Assembly (NCBI GenBank): GCA_965200315.1
Contig: OZ241362.1
Span: forward strand, 3,168,001 to 3,232,000
Length of the DNA: 64,000 nucleotides
Direction: 5' to 3'
DNA from: Candidatus Latescibacterota bacterium
GTDB taxonomy: Bacteria > Latescibacterota > UBA2968 > UBA8231
Numbering within the stretch: position 1 is the stretch's first letter; every line of letters begins with the position of its first letter. Under the pieces are notes generated by a model, which saw only the letters and a list, made by a program, of their open reading frames with translations, did not search any database and was not told the origin of the DNA. Position numbers and translations under genes: made by a program. Below are positions 30,425-39,654 of the stretch, in pieces.

Positions 30425-31859
30425 TAAAGGCGACCTTGTGCTCGGTGAAAAACTCGATCCCAGTGTCGCCCGACTCGGGGATTCCGTGCCCGGAAGCCTT
30501 GACCCCGCCGAATGAGAGTTGGGGCTCGCGGTAGGCCGTCATCATGTTCACATGCGTCAGCCCCACGTCGGTCTGTTCTAAAAACTGAAAAGCCCGCCCA
30601 ATGTCCCGCGTGAAAATGGACGACGCCAGCCCAAACTCCACGCCATTGGCGATTTCTAGGGCCTCGGAGAAATCCTCCGCTACCATCAGGCACAACACCG
30701 GGCCGAAAATTTCTTCTTGAGCGATGCGCATCTGCGGCTGGACATTGGTAAAAACCGTCGGCGCAATAAAACACCCTTTGTCGAGACCGTTGTCGGTCAG
30801 GCGCTCGCCTCCATGTGCGATGCAGGCCCCTTCCGCTTTGCCGATCTCGATGTAGCCCTCAATGGTTTCGAGCTGGTCCGTGCCGCACACCGGCCCCATA
30901 TCCACCCCGTCTTCTGTCCCATTTCCCACGCGAATTTGCTTGACGCGCTCTAGCACTTTGTCGGTGAAGGCTGCGGCGATCTCGTGCTCGGCAATGGCCC
31001 GGCTCGTCGAAGTACACCACTGCCCGGCGCAGGCGTAAGCTGCCTTGACGACCGCATCCGCGGCCATGTCGAGGTCGGCGTCGGCCAAGATAACCGCGGG
31101 ATTTTTGCCGCCCATCTCCAGTTGCGTGCGGATGATCCCTTGGGCGGCGCGCTGCTGAATGCCCCGGCCCACTTGGGTCGATCCGGTGAAGGAAATCGAC
31201 TGCACCAACGGATGCGTGATCATGGTTTCCCCGACTGTACTGCCCCCGCCGCAGACGAAGTTCAGCACGCCCGGGGGCAATTCCGCCTCGGCAAAAATAT
31301 CGACGAAAGCCCGCCCGGCTCCAGGCGTCAGGCTCGCCGGTTTGAAGACGATGGTGTTGCCGCTGATCAGCGCTGGGGTACACTTGCGACCCGGCACGTT
31401 GAACGGAAAATTCCAAGGGCTGATGATCGACGCCACTCCGAGGGGCCGCCGCACGCTGTAGGCAAACACCCCAGCTTGCGCCGAGGGCGCGGTCTGGCCG
31501 CACATGGAGATTCCTTGGGCGATCTGGAACTCCATCTCGCGCACCGCCGATCCCACCTCGGTGCGCGCTTCGTCGAGCGTCTTGCCGTTTTCTGCGGTGA
31601 GGATGGCGGCGATTTCTTCGGCCCGCCCCTTTAGCACGGCGACCGCCCGCGACAAGTACTCCGCTCGCTGGTACACCCCCATGTCAGCCCACGCTGGAAA
31701 CGCCGCGTGCGCCGCTTCGATGGCCTGCTCGGCGTCGGCGCTGGTGCCTTGGGGCCACTCCCCGGTTACTTGCTCTAGGTCGGCTGGATTGCGCTGGGCA
31801 AAGGTCTTTCCGTCCGAGGCCCCAACCCACTGACCGTCGATGTAGTTTTGAGATTGCAT
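30411..31859 (-). CDS. Aldehyde dehydrogenase family protein
   Basis: SPWNFP, SFTGS, LEMGGKN, AGQWCT, EEIFGP. Confidence 0.93.
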   Translation of the reverse strand: MQSQNYIDGQWVGASDGKTFAQRNPADLEQVTGEWPQGTSADAEQAIEAAHAAFPAWADMGVYQRAEYLSRAVAVLKGRAEEIAAILTAENGKTLDEARTEVGSAVREMEFQIAQGISMCGQTAPSAQAGVFAYSVRRPLGVASIISPWNFPFNVPGRKCTPALISGNTIVFKPASLTPGAGRAFVDIFAEAELPPGVLNFVCGGGSTVGETMITHPLVQSISFTGSTQVGRGIQQRAAQGIIRTQLEMGGKNPAVILADADLDMAADAVVKAAYACAGQWCTSTSRAIAEHEIAAAFTDKVLERVKQIRVGNGTEDGVDMGPVCGTDQLETIEGYIEIGKAEGACIAHGGERLTDNGLDKGCFIAPTVFTNVQPQMRIAQEEIFGPVLCLMVAEDFSEALEIANGVEFGLASSIFTRDIGRAFQFLEQTDVGLTHVNMMTAYREPQLSFGGVKASGHGIPESGDTGIEFFTEHKVAFINYL

Positions 31860-31887
31860 AGTAGCTCCAGTTAAAAGTGATGGCGAC

Positions 31888-33045
31888 TCAAGACCACAGC
31901 GGCACCCCGGCCGGCAGCGCCGCGGCGATGGCTTCTTCGTCTAGATTGACGCCCAAGCCAGGGCCGTCGGGCACGGCGATGTAACCCTGTTGAATTGGGT
32001 TCTTGATGTCGAGCATGGTGCCCCACAGTGGGATGTTGCGCGAGTGGTGCTCTAGGGCGAGGAAATTGGGCAGGGTGGAACAGATATGCACCGCGGCCAT
32101 GCCCGTAATCGCGCTCCGCATGTAGTGGGGGGCTACCGACATGTGGTACATCTCGGCCAGCTCGGCGATGCGGCGGATTTCAATGGCGCCGCCGCTGTGG
32201 GGGATGTCCGGTTCCAGTAGGTCGCAGGCCTGTTGTTCCATTAACTCGCGGAACATCTTGGCGCCGTAGAAAATCTCGCCGGTGCAGATCGGCGTCTCGG
32301 TCTGCTGACAGATTTTGGCCAGGGCGGCGACATTGCCCCACTCCCAGCGGATGGGGTCCTCCAACCAAAGCAGGTCGAGGTGCTCCACGTCTTTGCAGAT
32401 GCGCAGGGCGTCGGCGAGGTTGAAGGAACCGTGCAAGTCGATAGATAAGTCGATGTAAGGGCCAATCGCGTGGCGCAGGCTTTCGATGGTGGTGACGATG
32501 TGGTGGTGCTGCCGGCGGCTGATGGAGCGGTCGTAGGTGTCGAGCTTCCAAGGGTTGGGCACGTCGAGATCGAACTTGATCGCGGTGTATCCTTCGGCTA
32601 CCACCTCTTGGGCCATGGACACGTAGGCGCTGGTTTCGTACACCGGATCCAATTGCCCGCTGGCCCGCGTCTCCTGCCAGCGCCGCTCGTAGTCTTCCCG
32701 CGTCCAGTGTGCGCCCGAGTGGCAGTCGCAGTACACGCGGATGCGGTCGCGCAGTTTGCCGCCCAGCAGCTCGTGCATAGGTGCGTTTAGCTGCTTGCCG
32801 CGGATGTCCCACAGGGCGATTTCCACGCCGGCGCCGCGGCCCTGCATCTGCCACAGGTGATCGTAGTGAAGCTGATTGATGTTGGTCGGGTCGCGGCCGA
32901 TGATCATTCGTTTGAGCTGCTCGATGGCCCCCCCAGCCCACTCGCCAAGGCCGACAATGCCTTCGTCCGTGAAAATTTTCAGCAAGGACCAGTGGCGATT
33001 TTCAGCGCCGAGGGAGGGCGTAACCTTAATGTCGGTGATCTTCAT
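31888..33045 (-). CDS. Mandelate racemase / muconate lactonizing enzyme family protein
   Basis: EIALWDIRGK...LLGG, KFD, DLH, WLEDP, TGE, APH, GPGLG. Confidence 0.9.
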   Translation of the reverse strand: MKITDIKVTPSLGAENRHWSLLKIFTDEGIVGLGEWAGGAIEQLKRMIIGRDPTNINQLHYDHLWQMQGRGAGVEIALWDIRGKQLNAPMHELLGGKLRDRIRVYCDCHSGAHWTREDYERRWQETRASGQLDPVYETSAYVSMAQEVVAEGYTAIKFDLDVPNPWKLDTYDRSISRRQHHHIVTTIESLRHAIGPYIDLSIDLHGSFNLADALRICKDVEHLDLLWLEDPIRWEWGNVAALAKICQQTETPICTGEIFYGAKMFRELMEQQACDLLEPDIPHSGGAIEIRRIAELAEMYHMSVAPHYMRSAITGMAAVHICSTLPNFLALEHHSRNIPLWGTMLDIKNPIQQGYIAVPDGPGLGVNLDEEAIAAALPAGVPLWS

Positions 33046-33073
33046 GGTCTCTCTTTCGCTGGCAAACATAAGA

Positions 33074-33106
33074 AAGCGCGACTTCGGATGTGCAGAAGTC
33101 GCGCTT
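33074..33106 (-). terminator. Intrinsic terminator-like hairpin
   Basis: AAGCGCGACTTC-9nt-GAAGTCGCGCTT with T-rich tail on the minus strand. Confidence 0.65.
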
Positions 33107-33239
33107 AAAGATGGTGGAGGGCCTGCAGCCTTTCCAAAATCCGCGATCTCCTTATTCGTTCGTTGACTTACAGATCGCTACAAACATCAGCGGATGACTC
33201 TCCGAGGTGCCGATCACGGAAGTTTCCGCCTTCTTATGG

Positions 33240-33416
33240 TCAAAATAGGTTCCGCTGAGACATGGGGTCAAGGATGTCCTGCCAGTTGAGTACGCCCTCG
33301 TATTCGCGCACGACCGGTTCGATCTCCTCCTGCACATTGAGCAAGCCGCGGGCGAGGAGATAGCCCTCCTCCTGAAAATGTTCACGCGCATGGTTGATAT
33401 CGCTGTTGTCGGTGCT
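33240..33416 (-). pseudogene. N-terminal fragment of a PhyH-family dioxygenase
   Basis: AREHFQEEGYLLARGLLNVQEEIEPVVREY, then truncated. Confidence 0.6.
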
Positions 33417-33425
33417 GTAACACCT

Positions 33426-34871
33426 TTATTCGTCCACGACCTCCAGTATAGAGCCGTCGGGCTGAATCCGCCGCCTTTCCGCCTCGACCTCCTCAAACCA
33501 CCCCTCCAACGCCCCGAGCATTCGGCTCGCACGCTCCGACTCATCCGTCGCCATGTTGTTCTGTTCAAGCGGGTCGTCGTCAATATTGTAGAGCTCCAAA
33601 TCAGCCGGCGGCGGGACAATCAACTCGGGATCCGGCTCGCGCATCAGCTCCGTCACCTCGTCGGGGTGGTATTTGTATTGGATATCCACTTCCACGTAGC
33701 GCTCCATCACGCGCTTATCCGCATCGGTCTTGGGCTTTTGCGCCAACTGGGGACGGACCAGCTTCCACGGCCCCTCGCGCATCGCCGCGTTGATCCAGCC
33801 GACGGGCTGAAATTGGTTGAGCTGCCAAAATCGCGCCGGAGCGTCATCGCCGGTGCCGCGCAACACCGCCGCGGCGTCGCGCCCGTCTAGGGGCCGCCTG
33901 CCGGGCGGCTCGATACCGCACAACCCGGCTAATGTCGGCAACCAATCCATACCGTGCACCAACTCGTCGACCTGCCGCCTCCCCTCCAACCCGCCGCGCC
34001 AGCGCACGATCATCGGCACCCGGATGCCGCCCTCGTAAACCGACCCTTTCTGCCCGTTAAAGCCGCAATTGTAGCGCCGTAAATCCGTGCTCATCCCCTC
34101 GGGCACTTGGTCGGGTCGCGTTCCAAACGCCGGTCCGTTGTCGCTGGTGAACATCAGGATCGTATCGTCCGCCAGCCCCAGAGCATCCAAGGTTTCCGCG
34201 ATCCGCCCGACGCCCCGATCCATGATCTCGTTCATCGCGTAGGTAATCGCCACACCCGGGCTCATCCCTGCGTCGAGATAGGGTTGTACCGCCTCGTCGG
34301 GGGCCTGCAACGGCGTATGCGGCGCATTGTACATCATGCAGAGCAGAAAGGGGTCCTGCCGGTGCCGCGTAATAAAATCCACCGCCTCGTCGGTGAACAC
34401 ATCGGTCAAATAGCGCCCGTCCGCGGTCTCGCGCCGCCCGTTGCGCTCGACCCACCAGTCAAAATAATCCATCCACCCGCCGCGAAAGCCCAAAAACTCA
34501 TCGAAGCCGCGTGCGTTGGGATGATAGCGATCGTCAAGTGCTCCATTGTGCCACTTGCCGATCAGCCCCGTCGCATACCCCGCGTGTTTGTACGCATCGC
34601 CGATGGTCTCCTCGTCGAGCGCGATGCGGTCCATCCCGCGCACCTCCATCGGTGTCAACGCGCCGGTGCGGTGCGGGTAACGACCCGTAAGAAGCGCCGC
34701 CCGCGACGGCGAGCAGGCCGGCGAGCCGGCGTAGTGTTGGGTCAGACAGACCCCCTCGCCAACCAGTGCGTCGAGATGGGGTGTGCGGGCCGGGCCGTCG
34801 TTAAAAACGCCGAAATCGCCATAGCCCATGTCGTCGGCGACGATAAGAATCACATTGGGTCGTTTTGGCAT
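33426..34871 (-). CDS. Arylsulfatase (FGly-dependent sulfatase)
   Basis: PNVILIVADD, CSPSRAALLTG, GKWH, SDNG. Confidence 0.95.
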   Translation of the reverse strand: MPKRPNVILIVADDMGYGDFGVFNDGPARTPHLDALVGEGVCLTQHYAGSPACSPSRAALLTGRYPHRTGALTPMEVRGMDRIALDEETIGDAYKHAGYATGLIGKWHNGALDDRYHPNARGFDEFLGFRGGWMDYFDWWVERNGRRETADGRYLTDVFTDEAVDFITRHRQDPFLLCMMYNAPHTPLQAPDEAVQPYLDAGMSPGVAITYAMNEIMDRGVGRIAETLDALGLADDTILMFTSDNGPAFGTRPDQVPEGMSTDLRRYNCGFNGQKGSVYEGGIRVPMIVRWRGGLEGRRQVDELVHGMDWLPTLAGLCGIEPPGRRPLDGRDAAAVLRGTGDDAPARFWQLNQFQPVGWINAAMREGPWKLVRPQLAQKPKTDADKRVMERYVEVDIQYKYHPDEVTELMREPDPELIVPPPADLELYNIDDDPLEQNNMATDESERASRMLGALEGWFEEVEAERRRIQPDGSILEVVDE

Positions 34872-35124
34872 TACGATTATCCTTAGTCGTAAAGAAATTT
34901 CAAGAGAGTCTCATGTGATCTCGCCCGCCGCGCTCCTCCACCCAGATGTTATGAATAACGTCGTTGAGAGTCAGCGTAATGTTTAATCCGCTGCCTAGCG
35001 CGTCTCCAAACCAGCTAAGACTTCGCGGAAGCTGTTGAGACTGAAATCGGTGGTGTGGGAGTGAAGTTATTAGATGAGGTTGCAAAAAGAGGGTGGGCTA
35101 CTGCTATAACAGTGCCTTTCAAGA

Positions 35125-35165
35125 CAAACGTCTCTCCGGAGAATCACCCCGAAGAGACGTTTGTG
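35125..35165 (-). terminator. Long hairpin immediately downstream of ssrA
   Basis: ACAAACGTCTCT...AGAGACGTTTGT 12-bp stem. Confidence 0.65.
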
Positions 35166-35175
35166 TGTGGAAGAA

Positions 35176-35534
35176 TGGTGGAGGCGGCGGGAATCGAACC
35201 CGCGTCCGAGACCGGTTCTACCGAAATATGCTACGTGCGTAGTCGGCCTTAGTTATCTCGCCTGTTGCGCTGCCGGCCAACGGGCCACGCAACAGGCCAG
35301 CCCGAAAAATCTCGCCCCATTCCCTCGGGCGAAGGTTTGGGACCAGCCTGCTAAGAGATGGCATTGGGGCCTGCCGCGCAGGCTCAACAGACCCCAATGG
35401 GCTGCTCTAAATTTAGGCAGCCAGAGCGTACGTGTTATTTTCGTCGCTTAATTGTTTCCCGAGGATTTACGAGGTGTCGGGACCTCGGCACGCAATTTGG
35501 GCTTCTCCGACCCCGTCGAAGCCAAGTCGCCCCC
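35176..35534 (-). ncRNA. ssrA: Transfer-messenger RNA
   Basis: 5' GGGGGCGACTTGGCTTCGAC; 3' GCGGGTTCGATTCCCGCCGCCTCCACCA; internal tag (A)DENNTYALAA* at 35445-35413. Confidence 0.97.
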
Positions 35535-35574
35535 TTGGAGCATAATAACCGAAAATCGAGCGCAATGTCAACGC

Positions 35575-36393
35575 TTAGTTCACCTTATTCTGTGGGTTAA
35601 GAACGACCAGTTCCGCCGGCTGCAGCCGGCTGTCCGGTGAGTAGAGGCAAACCCGGTAGATCTCGTTGTTCTCGATCAGGAACTCGTTGCCCCAGAATAG
35701 GATGGCGTTGTGCGGCGCGTCGTGGATCAGGTTGTGGGCCAAGCGCATGCCGACCCCGTCGGCCCCGATGCCGGCGACATAGCAGCGGGTCCAGCGCGCA
35801 AAGTGGTGGATATGGTTGTTGACGACGGCGTGGTTGCAGGGGGTCAGACTGGGGCGGTCGCCGCCGCTGACGCTGATTCTTGGCCCCACGGGTTGGACAT
35901 CGGCTTGGTGAAGCCGGTGATTGCGGCGAACTGCCCGGCATTGGGCCACTGGGCCACGGTCATGGGCAGGTCACTGAAGAAGAGCTCCAGATGGGCCGGT
36001 GCCGTGTCGCGGCCGAACCCGCGCGAGACAAAAGCGCCAAGGTCTGTCATACCCTCGGCGGTCAGATCGATCTGCACGTCGTGCTCCTTCGCCGCCTCGG
36101 CCAGACGGGCCCGGCCGCGGGATCGATCACGGGCATCCACGCCGCCGGGTCGAGCTGCCGGCCGCCTAGGAGGCGCACCGTCTCGCCCTCGGCAGGGCAA
36201 TACACGGTGGGGCTGCGGCCGTGCCCGAGTCCTCCGGGCCGAAGTGTACGCCGTGCGCCAGTGCGTGAACCCCACTGCGGACCCGGACCTTCAGGCCACC
36301 GGTGGGTAGGCCGGAGGTCGCCTTTAGTTCCCGGACTGCATCTCGGGCACCTTCGAGCGTGGCGAACGGCCTGCCGTCATTGAGCTCTGCCAT
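35575..36393 (-). pseudogene. Right-handed beta-helix (pectin lyase fold) protein, multiply frameshifted and deleted
   Basis: Fragments PFATLEGARDAVR, LELFF...AQWPN and NNHIHHF...HNLIHDAPHNAI...ENNEIYRV in three frames. Confidence 0.8.
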
Positions 36394-36482
36394 GTCATTT
36401 TCCTCAACCAAGACGAAAACTAACCCAACAAGGAGACCAACATGTTGCCGTCATTAAGCTCTGCCATGTCCCTCTCCTCAAC
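36372..36482. repeat. 37-bp imperfect direct repeat separated by 37-bp insert
   Basis: TGCCGTCATTGAGCTCTGCCATGTCATTTTCCTCAAC (36372-36408) vs TGCCGTCATTAAGCTCTGCCATGTCCCTCTCCTCAAC (36446-36482). Confidence 0.9.
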
Positions 36483-36484
36483 GC

Positions 36485-37441
36485 TCAGTTCACCACGTTG
36501 ATCGGCGCACCGTCCATAAAAGCCCGCACGTTCTCCGCCGTCATTTGCATCAGTCGCTTGCGCGCCTCTAGCGTGGCCCAAGCCATGTGCGGCGTGATGA
36601 GCAGATTCGGTGCCTGCAAGAGCGGATTGCCGCTAGTGATTGGCTCGACGGAAGCCACGTCCGTTGCCGCCGCCCGGGGCTTGCCAGTGCGTAGGGCTTG
36701 CAAAAGGGCCTGCTCATCGACGAGTGCGCCGCGCGACGTGTTGATGAACAGCGCCCCTTCTTTCATGGTGGCTAACAACTCGGCGTTGACAAAACCGGTG
36801 TTGTCGGGCGTCTGCGGGCAGTGCAAGCTGACCACATCGGCTCCGGCGAAAATCTCCGCCGTGCTCTTGAGGGCAAACGGCGCGTACCCCGGCGGGTCCT
36901 TGGGCGACGGCGCATACGCCCAGACTTCCATGCCAAAAGCGTGGGCCAGCTCGCCGACGCGCTGGCCGATGCGCCCAAAGCCCACGAGGCCGATAATTTT
37001 TCCCGCCAACTCCATCAGCGGCGTCTCCCAAAAACACCAGTGGCCCGATTCAGCCCAGCCGCCGCGATGGACCGCCGCGTCGTGGCGACCGACGTGGTGG
37101 CATAGCTCCAGCAGTAGCGCCATGGTGTATTGGGCGACCGAGTCGGTGCCGTACACTGGAATGTTTGACACCGGGATGGCGTGGGTGCGCGCGGCTTCCA
37201 CATCGACGACGTTGTACCCAGTGGCCGTAACCGACACGAAGCGCAGGTTGGGTAGCTGGGCAAATGTCTCGGCCGTCAGCGGCACCTTGTTGGTCAAAAT
37301 CACGTCGGCGTCCGCAGCCCGCTCTAAGATCAGGTCGTCAGGTGTTTTGTCGTACACCGCAAATTCGCCCAACGCCGAGACCGGATCCCAAGGGTTGTCG
37401 CCGGGGTTTAGGGTGTGTCCGTCTAGTACGGTGATTTTCAT
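36485..37441 (-). CDS. D-2-hydroxyacid dehydrogenase (glycerate dehydrogenase-like)
   Basis: LDGHTLNPGD, GFGRIG, SLHCP, INTSRG, ITPHMAW. Confidence 0.92.
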   Translation of the reverse strand: MKITVLDGHTLNPGDNPWDPVSALGEFAVYDKTPDDLILERAADADVILTNKVPLTAETFAQLPNLRFVSVTATGYNVVDVEAARTHAIPVSNIPVYGTDSVAQYTMALLLELCHHVGRHDAAVHRGGWAESGHWCFWETPLMELAGKIIGLVGFGRIGQRVGELAHAFGMEVWAYAPSPKDPPGYAPFALKSTAEIFAGADVVSLHCPQTPDNTGFVNAELLATMKEGALFINTSRGALVDEQALLQALRTGKPRAAATDVASVEPITSGNPLLQAPNLLITPHMAWATLEARKRLMQMTAENVRAFMDGAPINVVN

Positions 37442-37463
37442 GGGATTCCTTTTGTTTGCAGAG

Positions 37464-39305
37464 CTATTTCTGTAGCTGACCCACGTCCCGCACGGCTCCG
37501 TGCGCTGCGCTCGTCGTCAGCGCGGCATACGCCTGTAGCGATTGGGGGATGTGGCGTTGGCGGTTGCGGGGCCGATAGGCGTCTATTTTTTGCCGTCGTG
37601 CAGACAGCTCGGCGTCTGCGATTAGCACGTCGATTGTGCGATTGGGAATGTCGATACGAATCCGGTCGCCGGTTTCCACCAAGGCGAGTGCGCCGCCCTC
37701 AGCCGCTTCCGGCGAGACGTGGCCAATCGACAGCCCGGAGGTGCCGCCGGAAAAGCGGCCATCGGTCAACAGCGCACAGGTCTTGCCCAGCCCCATGGAC
37801 TTGATGTACGACGTTGGATAGAGCATCTCCTGCATCCCTGGCCCGCCCTTGGGCCCCTCGTAGCGGATCACTACCAAGTCGCCATCGCGGACCTTGCCGC
37901 CTAAGATGCCCTCGCATGCTTCGTCTTGCGACTCAAAAATTTGGGCCGTGCCCTCAAAGACCCAGATCGACTCATCAACGCCAGCCGTCTTCACGATGCA
38001 GCCCTCCTCGGCGATGTTGCCGAAAAGCACGGCCAGCCCACCGTCCTGCGAATAAGCGTACGCGACCGAGCGGATGCAGCCCGTTTGAGCATCGGTGTCC
38101 GACTCGGCGTAAAAGTTGTTCTGGGAAAAGGCGGTTTTCGTCCGCACGTTGCCCGGGGCCGCCAATGCCCGCTGCACAGCCATCGCGTCGACCGGACCGG
38201 ACCCGCGAATGTCGTTGGCGGCGATCAGGTCGCCCAGCGATGGCCCGGCCACGGTCTTTGGCTCGGGGTGGATTTTGCCGCCGCGCCACAGCTCGCCTAA
38301 AATGCTCATAATGCCGCCGGCGCGTGCGACGTCCTCTATGTGAAACTCCTGAGTGGCCGGTGCCACTTTGCAGATACAGGGGACTTGCCGCGAGAGCCGG
38401 TCGATGTCGGCCATGGTGAAGTTGACTTCGGCCTCGCGGGCCATGGCCAACAGGTGCAGGACCGTGTTGGTGGAGCCACCCATGGCGATGTCTAAGGTCA
38501 TGGCGTTTTCAAAGGCCGCGAAGTTCGCAATGCTCCTCGGCAGTACCGACGTGTCGCCCTCTAAGTAAAATGCCTTGGCCATTTCGACGATCCGCTTGCC
38601 GGCCGCGGCAAAAAGCTCCCAGCGCAGCGCGTGCGTGGCGAGGATGGTGCCGTTGCCCGGCAGGGCTAGGCCGATGGCTTCGTTGAGGCAGTTCATGGAG
38701 TTGGCGGTGAACATGCCCGAGCACGAGCCGCAAGTCGGGCAGGCTTGTTCCTCCATCTTGGCCACGTCCTCGTCGCTCAGGTTGGGGTCGGCCGCAGCGA
38801 CCATGGAGTCGACTAGATCGAGCTTGGCGCGGCCCGTTGATAGATCGGTCTTGCCGGCCTCCATCGGCCCGCCCGAGACGAAGATCGCCGGAATGTTGAG
38901 CCTGAGCGCGGCCAGCAACATGCCTGGGGTGATCTTGTCGCAATTGGAAATGCAGACGAGGGCATCGGCCTTGTGGGCTTGGACCATGTACTCGACGCTG
39001 TCGGCGATTAGCTCGCGGCTCGGCAGGGAGTAGAGCATGCCGTCGTGTCCCATGGCAATGCCGTCATCTACGGCAATGGTGTTGAACTCCACGCCGTAGC
39101 CGCCGTGCTGATCGATCACTTCCTTGACCTTTTGGCCGATGGGGTGCAAATGCACGTGCCCGGGCACGAACTGAGTAAAGGAGTTGGCGATGGCGACGAT
39201 GGGCTTTTGGAAGTCCTCGGTCTTCATGCCGGTGGCGCGCCACAAGGCACGTGCGCCGGCCATGCGCCGCCCCTGAGTGGTGGTACTGCTGCGAAATGAT
39301 TGCAT
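37464..39305 (-). CDS. ilvD: Dihydroxy-acid dehydratase
   Basis: [57 protein letters not shown]. Confidence 0.97.
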   Translation of the reverse strand: MQSFRSSTTTQGRRMAGARALWRATGMKTEDFQKPIVAIANSFTQFVPGHVHLHPIGQKVKEVIDQHGGYGVEFNTIAVDDGIAMGHDGMLYSLPSRELIADSVEYMVQAHKADALVCISNCDKITPGMLLAALRLNIPAIFVSGGPMEAGKTDLSTGRAKLDLVDSMVAAADPNLSDEDVAKMEEQACPTCGSCSGMFTANSMNCLNEAIGLALPGNGTILATHALRWELFAAAGKRIVEMAKAFYLEGDTSVLPRSIANFAAFENAMTLDIAMGGSTNTVLHLLAMAREAEVNFTMADIDRLSRQVPCICKVAPATQEFHIEDVARAGGIMSILGELWRGGKIHPEPKTVAGPSLGDLIAANDIRGSGPVDAMAVQRALAAPGNVRTKTAFSQNNFYAESDTDAQTGCIRSVAYAYSQDGGLAVLFGNIAEEGCIVKTAGVDESIWVFEGTAQIFESQDEACEGILGGKVRDGDLVVIRYEGPKGGPGMQEMLYPTSYIKSMGLGKTCALLTDGRFSGGTSGLSIGHVSPEAAEGGALALVETGDRIRIDIPNRTIDVLIADAELSARRQKIDAYRPRNRQRHIPQSLQAYAALTTSAAHGAVRDVGQLQK

Positions 39306-39343
39306 AATAGCTCTTTCAAAAAGCTGCCGTCTAGCAGCGGGTT

Positions 39344-39654
39344 TCAGGTAGCAAAGTCAATTTCTAGCGCATCGCCCATAGGCACGTAGCCGATTTTCAT
39401 ATAGATGCTGTTGGAGGTTGGATTGGCTTGATCGGCAAATAGGCTGCAAAACGAGTAGCGCTCGGCGAGCAGTTGCTTGCTCAACGACGCGACGCATGAA
39501 GTGGCGTATCCCTTGTCGCGCTGCTCGGGCGGCGTGTACACCGCGGTGACGGTTACGCCGTTTCGCATTGGGCGCGTCGTTTTGGCAATTCGAGACAGGC
39601 ACCTGAAAGCGCAATCAGTTCGCTGGCGTCGGCGTGATGTATTATTTCGACCAT
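39344..39654 (-). pseudogene. GNAT acetyltransferase with internal deletion
   Basis: N-terminus MVEIIHHADASELIALSGACLE joined out of frame to C-terminus VYTPPEQRDKGYA...NPTSNSIYMKIGY. Confidence 0.75.

Noticed and set aside
33111-33240. tRNA gene ending in CCA
   Set aside because: No T-arm (GTTCRA) or cloverleaf; only the last 9-10 nt match the tmRNA end
34900-35110. Integrase or gene downstream of ssrA
   Set aside because: The 61-aa ORF has no recognisable motif; a lone CTGCTATA MITE-like end has no partner
36498-37475. Long antisense ORFs (also 1457-2281, 22466-23392, 34107-34886 and others)
   Set aside because: Shadow ORFs opposite well-supported genes, expected in high-GC DNA
38180-38205. 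GTC+hairpin-like motif in ilvD
   Set aside because: The protein segment length resembles homologs as I recall them and the stem relies on several G-T pairs, so there is no evidence of insertion
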